Shown in pieces: positions 12,310-22,974 of a DNA stretch of 64,000 nucleotides. This DNA is from Mobula hypostoma (lineage: Eukaryota). The position numbers and the translations under genes are program-made. Each line of letters starts with the position of its first letter. Position 1 is the stretch's first letter. The notes below the pieces were generated by a model. The model was not told the DNA's origin. It did not search any database and saw nothing but the letters and a program-made list of their open reading frames with translations. Location of the stretch: assembly GCF_963921235.1 (NCBI RefSeq), contig NC_086097.1, positions 123,196,001 to 123,260,000 on the forward strand, in the 5' to 3' direction.

Positions 12310-13244
12310 TCAAGTTTAAAGTCTCCCCAGTAGCCTTCGCAAATCTCCCTGCCAGGATATTGGTCCCCCTAGGATTCAAGTGCAACCAATCCTTTTTGCA
12401 CAGGTCACACCTGCCCCAAAAGAGGTCCCAATGATCCAGAAACTTGAATCCCTGCCCCCTGCTCCCACCCCTCAGCCACGCATTTGTCCTCCACCTCATC
12501 CCATTCCTACTCTCACTGTTGTGTGGCACAGGCAGTAATCCTGAGATTACCACCTTTGCGGTCCTTTTTCTCAACTCCCTTCCTAACTCCCTATATTCTT
12601 TCAGGACCTCTCCCCTTTTCCTACCTATGTCATTGGTACCTATATGTACCACGACTTCTGGCTGCTCTCCCTCCCACTTCGGGATATCTTGGACGTGATC
12701 AGAAACATCCCGGACCCTGGCACCAGGGAGGCAAACTACCATCCGGGTCTCCTGACTGCGTCCACAGAATCGCCTATCTGACCCTCTCACTATCAAGTCC
12801 CCTATTACTACTGCCCTCTTCTTCCTTTCCCTACCCTTCTAAGCTACAGGGCCGGACTCTGTGCCGGAGGCACGGCCACTGTCGCTTCCCCCAGGTAGGC
12901 TATCCCTCCCCAACAGTACTCAAACAGGAGTACCTATTGTCAAGGGGTACAGCCACTGGGGTACTCTCTAGTTCCTGACTCTTCCCCTTCCTCCTCCTAA
13001 CCATGACCCACTTGTCTGCCTCCCGTGGCCCCGGTGTGACCACCTGCCTGTAACTCCTCTCTATCAACTCCTCACTCTCCCTGACCAGATGAAGGTCATC
13101 GAGCTGCAGCTCCAGTTCCCTAACGCGGTCTCTTAGGAGCTGCAGCTCGGCGCACCTGGTGCAGATGTGGACGTCCAGGAGGCTAGAAGACTCCAGGACC
13201 TCCAACATCCGACACCGAGAACAGCAAGCTGCCCTCACACTCAT
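12310..13244 (-). pseudogene. CR1 ORF1 (zinc finger, coiled coil, SGNH/GDSL-type esterase), frameshifted
   Basis: MSVRAACCSRCRM...HICTRCAELQLLRDRVRELELQL, then CLPGARVRDV, VHIGTNDIG, DWLHLNPRG (esterase blocks). Confidence 0.88.
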
Positions 13245-13400
13245 TCTGCCCCCTTTCCTCAAATAGCAGGAAAAATTGAAAACCAAACCTACTTTGCCTT
13301 GCCCGTTTCCACCTAAGCCCGTTGAGCCAAAGCCCTTGCTCTGCTCCCGACTCACTCCACTGCCCACAAAACGACGCTGCCAGCTGTATGAGGCTGTGTT

Positions 13401-13700
13401 CCTTTTAAATCTTCCGCGTTTCACTGCCCGACGTCACATGCCTGCGCAGTCCCGTCTCTCTGAACTCCGATGAGAAGAAGAAAATCAAAATGGCTCCTGC
13501 CGCACTCCCGCTCCGATTCTCAGATTTCCTTCTCCAAATGAAAGCTGAATCAGGATTTCTGACCTTTTAACTCTTCCGCGCTTCACTGCCCGATGTCACA
13601 CGCCTGCGCAGTCCTGCCTCTCTGAACTCTGATGAGAAGAAGAAAATCAAAATGGCTCCCGCCGCACTCCCGCTCCGATTCTCAGGCTTCCTTTTCCAAA
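13401..13700 (-). promoter_or_regulatory. Tandemly duplicated CR1 5' unit (2 x 138 bp, period 162 bp), probable internal Pol II promoter
   Basis: 13401-13538 and 13563-13700 are near-identical and CpG-rich; each has GCCATTTT (YY1-like), TGCGCAGGC (NRF1-like), a CRE-like octamer, GCGGAAG (ETS-like) and TTAAAAGG on the minus strand. Confidence 0.6.
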
Positions 13701-13721
13701 ACTGGAAAGGCTACTGTCCAT

Positions 13722-14655
13722 AAGTTTATAGACGGTGTTTGAGCTGTGCTTAGCCACACAATCGTGGGTGTAGAGAGAGAAGAGTAAATTTGCTGACGAC
13801 ACAACTATTCTTCACAAAATTTCAGATGGTGACGAGAAGGCATAGAGGAGTGGGGTAGATCAGCTGGTTGAGTGGTGTCATAGCAACAATCTCGCACTCA
13901 TCATCAGTAAGACCCAGGAACCGATTGTGGACTTTAGGAAGGATAAGTCGAAGGAACACACACCAGTCCTCTTCAAGGGATCAGAAGTGGAAAAGTGAGC
14001 GGTTTCAAGTTCAAAGGTGTCAATATCTCTATTCTGGGCATATTGATGCAGTTACAAAGAAAGCACAACAGCAGCTATATTTCATTGGGAAATTGAAGAG
14101 AATGGGTATGTCACCAAAGGCACTCACAAATTTCTACAGATATACTGTGGAGAGCATTCTAACAGGTTGCATCACCACCTGGTACGGAGGGGCCACTGCA
14201 CAGGAGCGGAAAAAGCTGCAGAAAGGTGTAAACTCAGCCAGTTCCATAATAAGCACGAGCCTCCCCACCACCCAGAAAACCTTCAAAAGGCAATGCTTCA
14301 AAAAGGTGGCATCATTACTCAGGACTCCATCACCCGGGACGTGCGCTTTTCTCATTTTTACCATCAAGGGGGAGGTACAGGAAAGCGTACAGGTACAAGG
14401 AGGTACAGGAGAGGTACATTCAATGTTCCAGGAACAGCTTCTTCCCCTCTGTCACCAGATTTCTGAATAGACAATGAATCCGTGAACACTTCCTTTGTAC
14501 TTTTTTTGCCTCTCTTTTTGCACAACGTATTCAATTTATTTTTATATATACTTCCTATTATAATTTATAGTTTTTATTACTATGGATTGGAATCTTCTGC
14601 TACTGCATAACAACAAATATCACAACATATGCCGGTAATATTAAACCTCTGACTC
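13722..14655 (+). mobile_element. Rex1/Babar-like LINE 3' fragment with short 5' inversion
   Basis: KFADD at 13786; LTNFYRYTVESILTGCITTWYG; 13722-13784 is the upstream RT segment (LFSLYTHDCVAKHSSNTVYK) on the opposite strand. Confidence 0.85.
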
Positions 14656-14989
14656 AGGACTGTATCTATGAAGTATAGCTCTGTGACTCTCCATTACTGT
14701 GAACATTGATTAGTTTCCAGTTGATGTTGCTTTGAAACTAGACAACAGGCATTGCCTGCTTATTACTACTGATATCTTAACACTAACATTAAGAAACTTT
14801 GAAATGTGGCAAAACCAACTATAGCATTAATCCATTCTCCCCCAATGGCTGAACAAAAGATTTGCATTTTCCAATATGTTATCTTTAACAGAAAACCACA
14901 GTGCCAGGCATATAGTGACGAATTCAAACACTACAAGAATATACATAGGAGCACAGGAATGAGATAGAGAGCCTAGTGGCAAGGTGTGT

Positions 14990-15317
14990 GGAGTGGGATG
15001 GTAGGATGGCGGTTCGCACACTTTACGGCAGCCAGCTGTAAGATCGGGGTTCAGTTCCCACTGCTGTCTATAACGTGTGTGCATGATCTTCCCATGACTG
15101 TGTGGGTTTCCTCCGGGTGCTCCACTTTCTGCCCACATTCTAAAGATGCACAGGTTAGGCTTACTGAGTTGTGGGCATGCTGCGTTGGCAACGGAAGCAT
15201 GGTGACATTTGCAGGCTGCCTAGCACAATTTTCGCTGATTTGATTTCACCCAATTTGACACAATTTACGGTATATTTTGATGTACATGTGACAAATAAAG
15301 CTAATCTTAATCTTTAA
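14990..15317 (+). mobile_element. V-domain SINE, near full length
   Basis: ggggttcagttccc B-box-like motif; V core gtgggtttcctccgggtgctccactttctgcccacattctaaagatg; tail aataaagctaatcttaatcttt. Confidence 0.85.
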
Positions 15318-15319
15318 TT

Positions 15320-16555
15320 GGCAGAACATCAATGCAACACTGTTAACAAAGATACAGATGGACAACCGCCCTTCCCTCAATATCAGCAAAACAAAACAAC
15401 CGATCACTGGTTTAAGGAATGAGGACGGTCCACATGCTCCTGTCTACATCAAAGTGCCAAGATCTTCAAATTCCTAGGAGCGAACGTTACCAATAGCCTG
15501 TCCTGCCCCAACCACATAACACCACCGCCAACAAAGTTCACCAGCTCCTCTACTTCCTTGGGAGGCTACAGAAATCTGGCATGTCCCTGTTGATCCTTAC
15601 CAATTCTTACTGATGCACCAACAGAAAGTATCCAATTCAGATGCATCATGGCTTGGTATGGCAACTGCTCTGCCAGTGACCGCAACAAAACTGAGGGGGG
15701 TTGTGGACACAGTTCAGCACATCACAGAAACCGGCCTCCCCTCCACGGTTTCTAGACACTTCTCACTGCCTTATGAAAGCAGCCAAACTCATCAAAGACC
15801 CCCATCCACCCCAGACATACTCTCTCCTCCCTCCCTCCCATCAGGCAGAAGAAACAACAGCCTGAAAGCTTGTACGACCAAGCTCAAGGACAGTTTCTAT
15901 CCCGTTGTTATACAATTATCAAATGACCCCTAGTACAATAAGATGGACTGTTAACCTCACCATCTACTATGTTATGATCTTGCACCTTATTGTCTACCTG
16001 CACCGAACTTTCTCTGTAACTGTAACACTTCATTCTACATTCTGTTGGTTTTTCTTGTATTACCTTGACAGAGGATGAGAGATGACCTGATAGAAGTGTA
16101 TAAGATGATGAGAGGCATTGATCGTGTGGATAGGCAGAGGTTTTTCCCAGGGCTGAAATGGCTAGCACGAGAGGGCACAGTTTTAATGTGTTTGGAAATA
16201 GGTACAGAGGGGAGGTCAGGGGTAAGTTTTTTTACGCAGAGAGTGGTGAGTGCATGGAATGGGCTGCCGGCGACAGTGGTGGAGGTGGATAAGATAGGGT
16301 TTTTTTCAGAAACTTCTGAATAGGTACATGGAACTGAGAAAAAATAGAAGGCTATGGGTCACCCTAAGTAATTTCTAAAGTAAAGCTTCTAAATGCTCGG
16401 CACAGCATTGTGGGCTGAAGGGCCTGTACTGTGCTGTAGGTTTTCTATGTTCTATGTACCTCAATATATGGTTGTAATGAAATAACCTGCACAGATAGTG
16501 TGCAGAACAGTTTTTCACTATAACTCAGTAGATGTGAAAATAATAATCCAATTAA
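15320..16555 (+). mobile_element. Rex1-like LINE 3' fragment, interrupted by a CR1 3' end
   Basis: LPSGRRNNSLKACTTKLKDSFYPVVIQL C-terminus; 3' UTR resumes after 16457. Confidence 0.75.
16070..16457 (+). mobile_element. CR1 LINE 3' end
   Basis: MRDDLIEVYKMMRGIDRVD...FFTQRVVSAWNGLP; (TTCTATG)n tail; tacct on both sides. Confidence 0.9.
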
Positions 16556-16947
16556 CAAATATGATGCTGTAAAGCCATGGTTTCCTCCCTCATGGTCGCT
16601 TGAAATGTCAGACAACATTCATATCAGTCTGGTCACTTCATACCTGTGGTATTTAACATAACTCTCTAAAGGTGGTTAGTCTCCATATGGTAATCAACTT
16701 CTGTTAGCCAGCTCTCCAAATTTCTATTAGCTGAAATACCCAGTCAACTTGCTCAGTCAATCTGTTGGCAGGCTGAGTTACATCAAAATCAATCCGCCGT
16801 TGTTATGTAATGGAATGGTATGCTGCGAGAAATTAAATGTCACCTGAAGCATAAAGGGCAAACACTGATCCTTTCAGTTTCCAAATACTTAACCTCAAAG
16901 ACTATAAGTTTATGCACAGAATTTTAAAACTTTTTGAAATTTCAACC

Positions 16948-17372
16948 GTCAGTATCAGAATCAGATTTAATCTCACTGAAATATTGTGAAATTTGTTGTT
17001 CTGTGGCAGCAGTACAATGCATTACAGTAAATATACTATAAATTACTACAAGGAATATATAACAAAATAATTAAGTCGTGCAAAAAGAGAGCAAATAGTG
17101 AGTTTGTATTCATGGATTGGTTCATTGACTGTTCAGAAATCTCATGGCACAGGAGAAGAGGCTGTTTTGAAAATACTGAGTAACTTTCTTTAGGTTCCTG
17201 TACCTCCTCTCTGATGGTGGTAATGAGAAGAGGGAATGCTCTGGCTGGTGGGGGTGCTTAATGATGGATGCTGCCTTGTTCGTGCTTCATTGTTTGTAAA
17301 TAACCTCAATGCTGGGGAGGTTAGTACCCATGATGGAGCTAGCTGATTCTGTGCAGTGGCCCTTCCATAACA
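16948..17372 (-). mobile_element. Rex1-like LINE 3' fragment
   Basis: Reverse-complement similarity to 14200-14650; bracketed by an imperfect 23-bp direct repeat (16925-16947, 17391-17413). Confidence 0.65.
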
Positions 17373-17869
17373 GAAAATCTCAGTAACTTCTAAAACTTTT
17401 GAAAATTTCAACCTTGCGATTTCAACTGGAGATTTGCATGCTTGACCAGACAGGTAGCCACTGAATTTGTGTGCTCCAGGGCAGACAGTGGAAATGAGTT
17501 CATGATCTGGTATTCATTAAGCTTGGAGGAATGGGACTGACAATACTGATGACCAAGTGCCTGGCTGTAAACAAAGAAGAAGACTTTAATAATGAAGCAA
17601 TGTTGAGTGTAAAGATGCTGTGGTAACTCATGATCATTGATTTTGAGAGTTTGAGAGACCAAGGACCCACTCAGGTCAGCAAGTTCCAGAGTTTGAGCTC
17701 CTTGCAGGCAGAAGGCACACGGTCTGATGACTCGCTAGGTTTATGAATCAGTGAGTCTGAAGTTCAGGGTCTAGTGTTCAGTGATCTGTGTATCCTAGGA
17801 TTGATGCCCAGGATCATAGCCTGAGAATCGAATCAGAAGTCCGGTAGACAAGTCTGTGAATTTCTGAGA

Positions 17870-18297
17870 GTGTACACACCACTGTTGTAATATGTGGTTA
17901 TTTGAGTTACTGTTGCCATCCTGTCAGCTTGAACCAATCTGACCATTCTCTTCTGACTTTTCTCATTAACAAGGCATTTTCGCCCACAGAACTGCCGCAC
18001 AGTGGATGTTTTTTTGTTTTTCGCATCATTCTCTGTAAACTCTACAGACTGATGTGTGTGAAAATCCCAAGAGAACAGCAGTTTCTAAAATACTCAAACC
18101 ACCCCATATGGCACCAACAATCATTCCACAAAGTCATTTAGATCTAATTTCTTCCCCATTCTGAACAACAACTGAACCTCTTGACCATGTCTGCATGCTT
18201 TTATGCATTGAGTTGCTGCCACGTGATTGGCTGATGAGATACTTGCATTAATGAGCAAGTGTATAGGCGTACCTAACAGAGTGGCCACTGAATGTAA
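17870..18297 (-). mobile_element. Non-autonomous Tc1-family element (partial)
   Basis: Reverse copy ending acctaacagagtggccactgaatgta. Confidence 0.82.
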
Positions 18298-18459
18298 ATC
18301 TTCTTACCATCCTTTGAGCTTTGAAACCTCCATTCACGGTGCAAGCCTTCATTCATCTGAGAATGTTTATTGTGTATATCTGCAACAAAATGGTTTGTGC
18401 TGGAGAAGGCAGGTTCAGCAGGTAGACAGGGCATTGGTTTTTGTCTTTGCAACTTCCAA

Positions 18460-18995
18460 AACAGAATGCACTGGAGAGGATGCAGAGGAGATTTACGATA
18501 ATGTTGCCAGAAATAGAAAGTCTTGGTATTGAAGAAAAATTGAATAGTCTGAAGATACTTCCTTTGGAACTGAGGCAACAAACGGGACCTTTAATTGTGG
18601 TGTATTAAATCAAGAGGGGGCCAGATAGAACAAAATGAAAGGACCTTTTTTCCCTTAGTTGAAGCATCAAAATAAAAAGGATGTGGGCATAAAGTAATTG
18701 CAAAGAGGTTTAGAGGGAAGATGAGGAAATATTATTTCACTAGAGAATGAGAGGGGTCTCATACTTCCTTCATGAAAAGGTGGTGGAGACAGAGATTACC
18801 GCTTTTCAACAGCAGTTAGACAGGACCCTGGACATAAACTTGAAGAGCCATGACCTACAGAGTTACAGATCTATTGATGGATGATGAGATTCAGTTTGGT
18901 TATCATTCTGCAACTAGCACAAATACAAGTGTAAACACAATGGACCTCATAGCTTCTAAGTATTTCAAAGATTTTCTCTAATTTCTATGATTCTA
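18460..18995 (+). mobile_element. Highly decayed CR1 3' fragment
   Basis: gcactggagaggatgcagaggagatttac (ALERMQRRF); ends ttctatgattctatg. Confidence 0.6.
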
Positions 18996-19374
18996 TGCAT
19001 TGGCATTATGTCATGTCCATTTTTTTTGAAAATGCGAGTGGGTGGAAAAGCACAATGATCTTTGTACACACTCCACACATAGTAATCTCCTTACAGACAG
19101 TATAAAGAAATCCCTTAAACCTTCTTCTGACACATGGAAAATAACTTGCTTAGTTCTATAACTCTTGGTACCTGTAACTGATTGCAGCATTCACACTTGG
19201 AGATTTTTTGATTCTTATTGATAGAAATTGAAATATATCGTGGAGCAACTATACCAGAGTTTTTCAAGAAGGTTATTGCTCATCTACTTCCATTTCAGTG
19301 CAGCTCAGTTGATTAAATTGTTGAATGCAATTTGTCAGAGAGTTTAAAGATTCTTTTAAAGGTAAAAATGATTC

Positions 19375-19685
19375 ACTTTATTTATCACGTTCATATGGAA
19401 AGATAGAAACATGCAGTGAAATGCATTGTTTTGCATCAACAACCAATACAGTCTGAGAATGTGCTGGAAGGAAGCCCACAAAAGTCGCTACACTATCAGC
19501 ACCAACAAAGCATGCCCACAACTTACTAAACCTAACCCATTGATCCCTGGAATGTGGGAGGAAACTGGAGCACCTGGAGGAAACCCACATAGTCACAGGG
19601 AGAACCTACAAACTCCTGACAGCGGCAAGAATCGAACCCCAATCAGAGTAAAGCTAGTGTTCTGACCACTATGCTACCAACCCTA
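19375..19685 (-). mobile_element. V-domain SINE
   Basis: Reverse V core ggaatgtgggaggaaactggagcacctggaggaaaccca; B box aatcgaacc. Confidence 0.82.
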
Positions 19686-20139
19686 CCCTAACAAATTGTC
19701 AGTTTAAGCTATAGCAAACTGAAGAGATCTATTTAGAATCACATGCAAACTCTGATCCTCAGAAGCTAATACAAGATTTCACTGCATGTTTCGATCTTTC
19801 CATATGAACGTGATAAATAAAGTCCAAGTTCAAACACACAGAATGAAAAAGAACTTAATTACGCTACTACTGTACAGCAGGTGAGCTATTATTTTAATTT
19901 CTCCCAGCAGCACTGGCATGTCTGTTCCTGAAAATTCATCAACAATGCTTTAAGAGGCCGTTATAAATCACAGATTTTTCCAAACAGTTCTGTTACCAGT
20001 CTCGCTTGCTGTGTGGCAAAAAGTATTACAAAATGACTGCACATTTCACTCCCACCTCTCCATCACTAAATATCAATGGATCATTGATTAACCATTTTTT
20101 CTGATGTGTTGTTGAAACAAGGGAGTAAGATGAAGTCAT

Positions 20140-21560
20140 ATACACAAGAGTTCTGCAGATGCTGGAAATCTGGAGGAACATACATAAAATGTTGGAGAAG
20201 CAACACCTCATAATCCGTATATGTAGCCTCCAACCTGACAACATCAACAACAATTTCTCCGACTTCTGTAATTTCTCCCCTCTCCCTCTCATCTCCTTTT
20301 CCCTTTTCCCAATCTGTTTACCCCCTTAACCTTTGCTCTTCTTCACCAGCCTTTCACCCCTTTCTAGTACTCCTCCTCCTTCCCTTTCTCCCACAGTCCA
20401 TTCTGCTCTCCTATCAGATTCCTTCTTCTTCACCTCTGTACCTCTTCACAACCAGTCACTTGTCAAAATGACATCCCCTTCTTTCAGTTCCTCCGTCTCC
20501 ACTGCAACCGCTCTCAGGATGAAGCCTTTCATTCCAGAACAACTGAGTGTTCCTCCTTCCTCAAAGGAAGGGGCTTCCCTTCCTCCACCACCAATGCTGC
20601 CCTCACTTGTATCTCTTTGATTTTGCACACATCTGCCCTCACCTCATCCTCCAGGGATAGGGATCTTCTTCTCCTCTCCTACCAACCTACTAGCCTCCAC
20701 GTCCAGCACATAATTCTCCATAACTTCCACCATTTCCAACTGGGATCCCACCACCAAGCACATCTTTCCCTCCCCACCACTTTTCACTTTCTGCAGGGAT
20801 CGCTCCCTATGTGACTCCCTCATCCACTCATCTCTCCCCACTCATCTCCCTCCTCAAACTTCCAGTAATTGCCCCCCTCCTCTCCTTCACCATTCCCAAT
20901 TCCAGGTTCCTGTTTCCCTCTCTCACCTTATCTCCTTGCCTGCCCATCACCTCCCTCTGGTGCTCCTCCCCCTTCCATTTCTTCCATGGTCTTCTACCCC
21001 CTATCAGATTCCTCATTCTCCAGTCCTTTATCTCTCTCATCAATCAACTTCCCAGCACTTTTCTTTACCACTTCCCCCTCCCAGTTTCACCTATCACCTG
21101 CCACCTTGTACTTGTTCCTCCCCTCCCCCCCCACCTTCCTACTCTGACTTCTCCCCTTCCTTTCTGGTCCTGATGAAGGGTCTCGGTCCACAACATCAAC
21201 TGTTTACTCTTTTCCGTAGGTTTTGTCTGGTCTGCTGAGTTCCTCCAGCACTCTGTGTGTGTTGCTCTGGATTCCTAACATCTGCAGAATTTCTTGTGTT
21301 TGCTTTACCCTTTTCCTGCTATCACCTTGCACCTTCTCACTTCCTCCCTTCCCCATGCACCAACCTCCCGCTCACCTGGATTCACCTATCCCCTGGCAGC
21401 TGTACTCCTTCCCCTCCTCTATCTTCTTAGTCTAGCTTGTTGTTCCCCTTTTCTTTCCAGTCCTGAAGAAAGGTCTCAGCATGAAACGTCAGCTCATAAT
21501 TCCTCTCCATAGATGCTGCCTCACCTGCTGAGTTCCGCCAGCACTTTATGCATGTCACTA
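20140..21560 (+). mobile_element. Cluster of Penelope-like element fragments
   Basis: LEKQHLII...SLQPDNINNNFS (PLE C-terminus); SQDEAFHSRT...GRGFP remnant; pyrimidine-rich UTRs; degenerate hammerhead-like pseudo-LTRs at about 21166 and 21458. Confidence 0.8.
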
Positions 21561-21869
21561 AAATGAAATCACCATTTTGGATTATTTTATCTGGATAAGT
21601 AAGTAGTGCAAAAGAGATGAAAATAGTGAGGTAGTGTTCATTTGGCTGGATCACATTCTAACCTTTATTGTATGTTTGGAGTGTAGTCCTTTAACCTAGA
21701 AGCTGCACTCAGCTTCCCCCAATCCTGTTCCTGATTTCATCTCGAATTTTTGTAACAAATTATCTGTATAAATTCCTTCCTTCAGTTTCTTCACCCTTTC
21801 ACTACACCACTAACCAGGCCTGTAGTAATTTCTGATTATTTCCTCTTGTAAGGCTCATAGGAAAGGAAA

Positions 21870-22113
21870 CATATGTCGCATCTGGAGTTTCTCTGGTTAG
21901 CGGACGATTTCCCTCCACGCCTCTCTGACGTAGTGGGGAACTGCGTATAAGTTACAGCAGTGGTTTGCCATTGCCTTCTGCCGGGTGAGTTTCCAAAGAG
22001 ATCACCAGCTCATAACCCAGCACGGATGGAAAGCATGCAGAGGAGCCGGCTGGATTCGAACTCAGGACCTTTCACCCGAAGTCTGGCACTGATGCCACTA
22101 GACCACCAGCTGG
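21870..22113 (-). mobile_element. tRNA-derived SINE with an RTE-type body
   Basis: Minus strand: A box TGGTCTAGTGG, B box GAGTTCGAATCC, then GAAGGCAATGGCAAACCAC, a motif recalled from BovB/Bov-A and Sauria SINEs. Confidence 0.75.
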
Positions 22114-22157
22114 GTCATAAAGTGTCTTGTCCTGTTCACTAAATTACAGACTCTATA

Positions 22158-22483
22158 TACACTCAGTGGCCACTTTATTAGGCTAGGAGTGGTTATTTGG
22201 GTTAAGTCTTCAAACAATCTAGCCATTCTCCTGTGTGAAGATCCCAGGAACTCACCAAGTTTCTGAGATACTCAAACCACCCCGTCTAGCACCGACAATC
22301 ACTCCACGGTCAAGGTCACGTAGATCACATTTCTTCCCCATTTTGATACTTGGTCTGAACAATAACTGAAACATTGTCTGCATGCTTTTATGAATTGAGA
22401 TGCTGCCAGATGATTGGCAGATTAGATATTTTCATTAACGAGCAGGTGTACAGGAGTACCTAGTAAAGTGGCCACCGAGTGTA
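22158..22483 (-). mobile_element. Short non-autonomous Tc1-family element
   Basis: TA-cactcagtggccactttattagg ... cctagtaaagtggccaccgagtg-TA. Confidence 0.88.
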
Positions 22484-22974
22484 TTTTTCATGCATGGATA
22501 TGTGCATGAATATTAAATTATTGTTGCTACATTCAACATTGACAGTAAACAATCCTTTCCAAAGTTATTCTTTACGCAGGCTGAAATGGTCAAGTAGGTC
22601 ATACAGTTGCTGTTGGAAGTGAAAGTATTCAAGTCATTCTATCAAGTGTCACACAAGAGCACAAGGATGCTGGAAATAAACCTTATTCTGTATTTAACAG
22701 AGGTGGGTGGGAATTAATAATTCTAGCCCAACTATTAGAATTTGAAAATACAGTATGTCACATTAAGAATTGCTTTGATGTTTTTCATACGTGATCCAAC
22801 TCCCATCATACTGATGACAGTTGGATTGTCCCATTATTGGTTCGCATATCCGCTTCCAATTAGATGGTGGCAGCTTGGCTACAGCAGCTTCTCCTGGTCC
22901 AAAAAATGGTGAAAATGTTTGTCTTGTGTTCTTCTTGTGATGGAAAGACCCTGTTGGACATTGGTAATACAAAA

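Larger units (their letters stand above)
9207..13700 (-). mobile_element. Near full-length CR1-clade LINE (about 4.5 kb): 5' UTR, ORF1, ORF2, 3' UTR
   Basis: Colinear ORF-track fragments: ORF1 zinc finger/coiled coil/esterase, endonuclease (FNARSI, SET, GDFNF, SDH), RT (DFSKAF, YADDTK), C-terminal EYCVQF; (ATATGGTT)n tail at 9207-9228. Confidence 0.95.

Noticed and set aside
13401..13700. Direct repeats with spacer considered as a CRISPR-like array or LTR pair
   Set aside because: Only two 138-bp units, contiguous with a CR1 5' UTR in vertebrate DNA; no cas genes or LTR features.
14990..15065. tRNA-like A/B boxes (here and at other SINE heads)
   Set aside because: They run directly into SINE bodies and I could not fold a full cloverleaf; not tRNA genes.
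16925..17413. Imperfect 23-bp direct repeats around a Rex fragment
   Set aside because: Most simply an aged target-site duplication in AT-rich DNA.
20811..21238. Several overlapping Pro/Ser/Leu-rich ORFs (also 43431-43940 and 55078-55569)
   Set aside because: Artefacts of the pyrimidine-rich Penelope 3' UTR; not genes.
22791..22950. Minus-strand 160-nt segment with AG/GT borders and one open frame (GSFHHKKNTRQTF...GSWIT)
   Set aside because: Weak pyrimidine tract, no similarity to CCDC102, phase incompatible with the known exon, and no recognisable protein.
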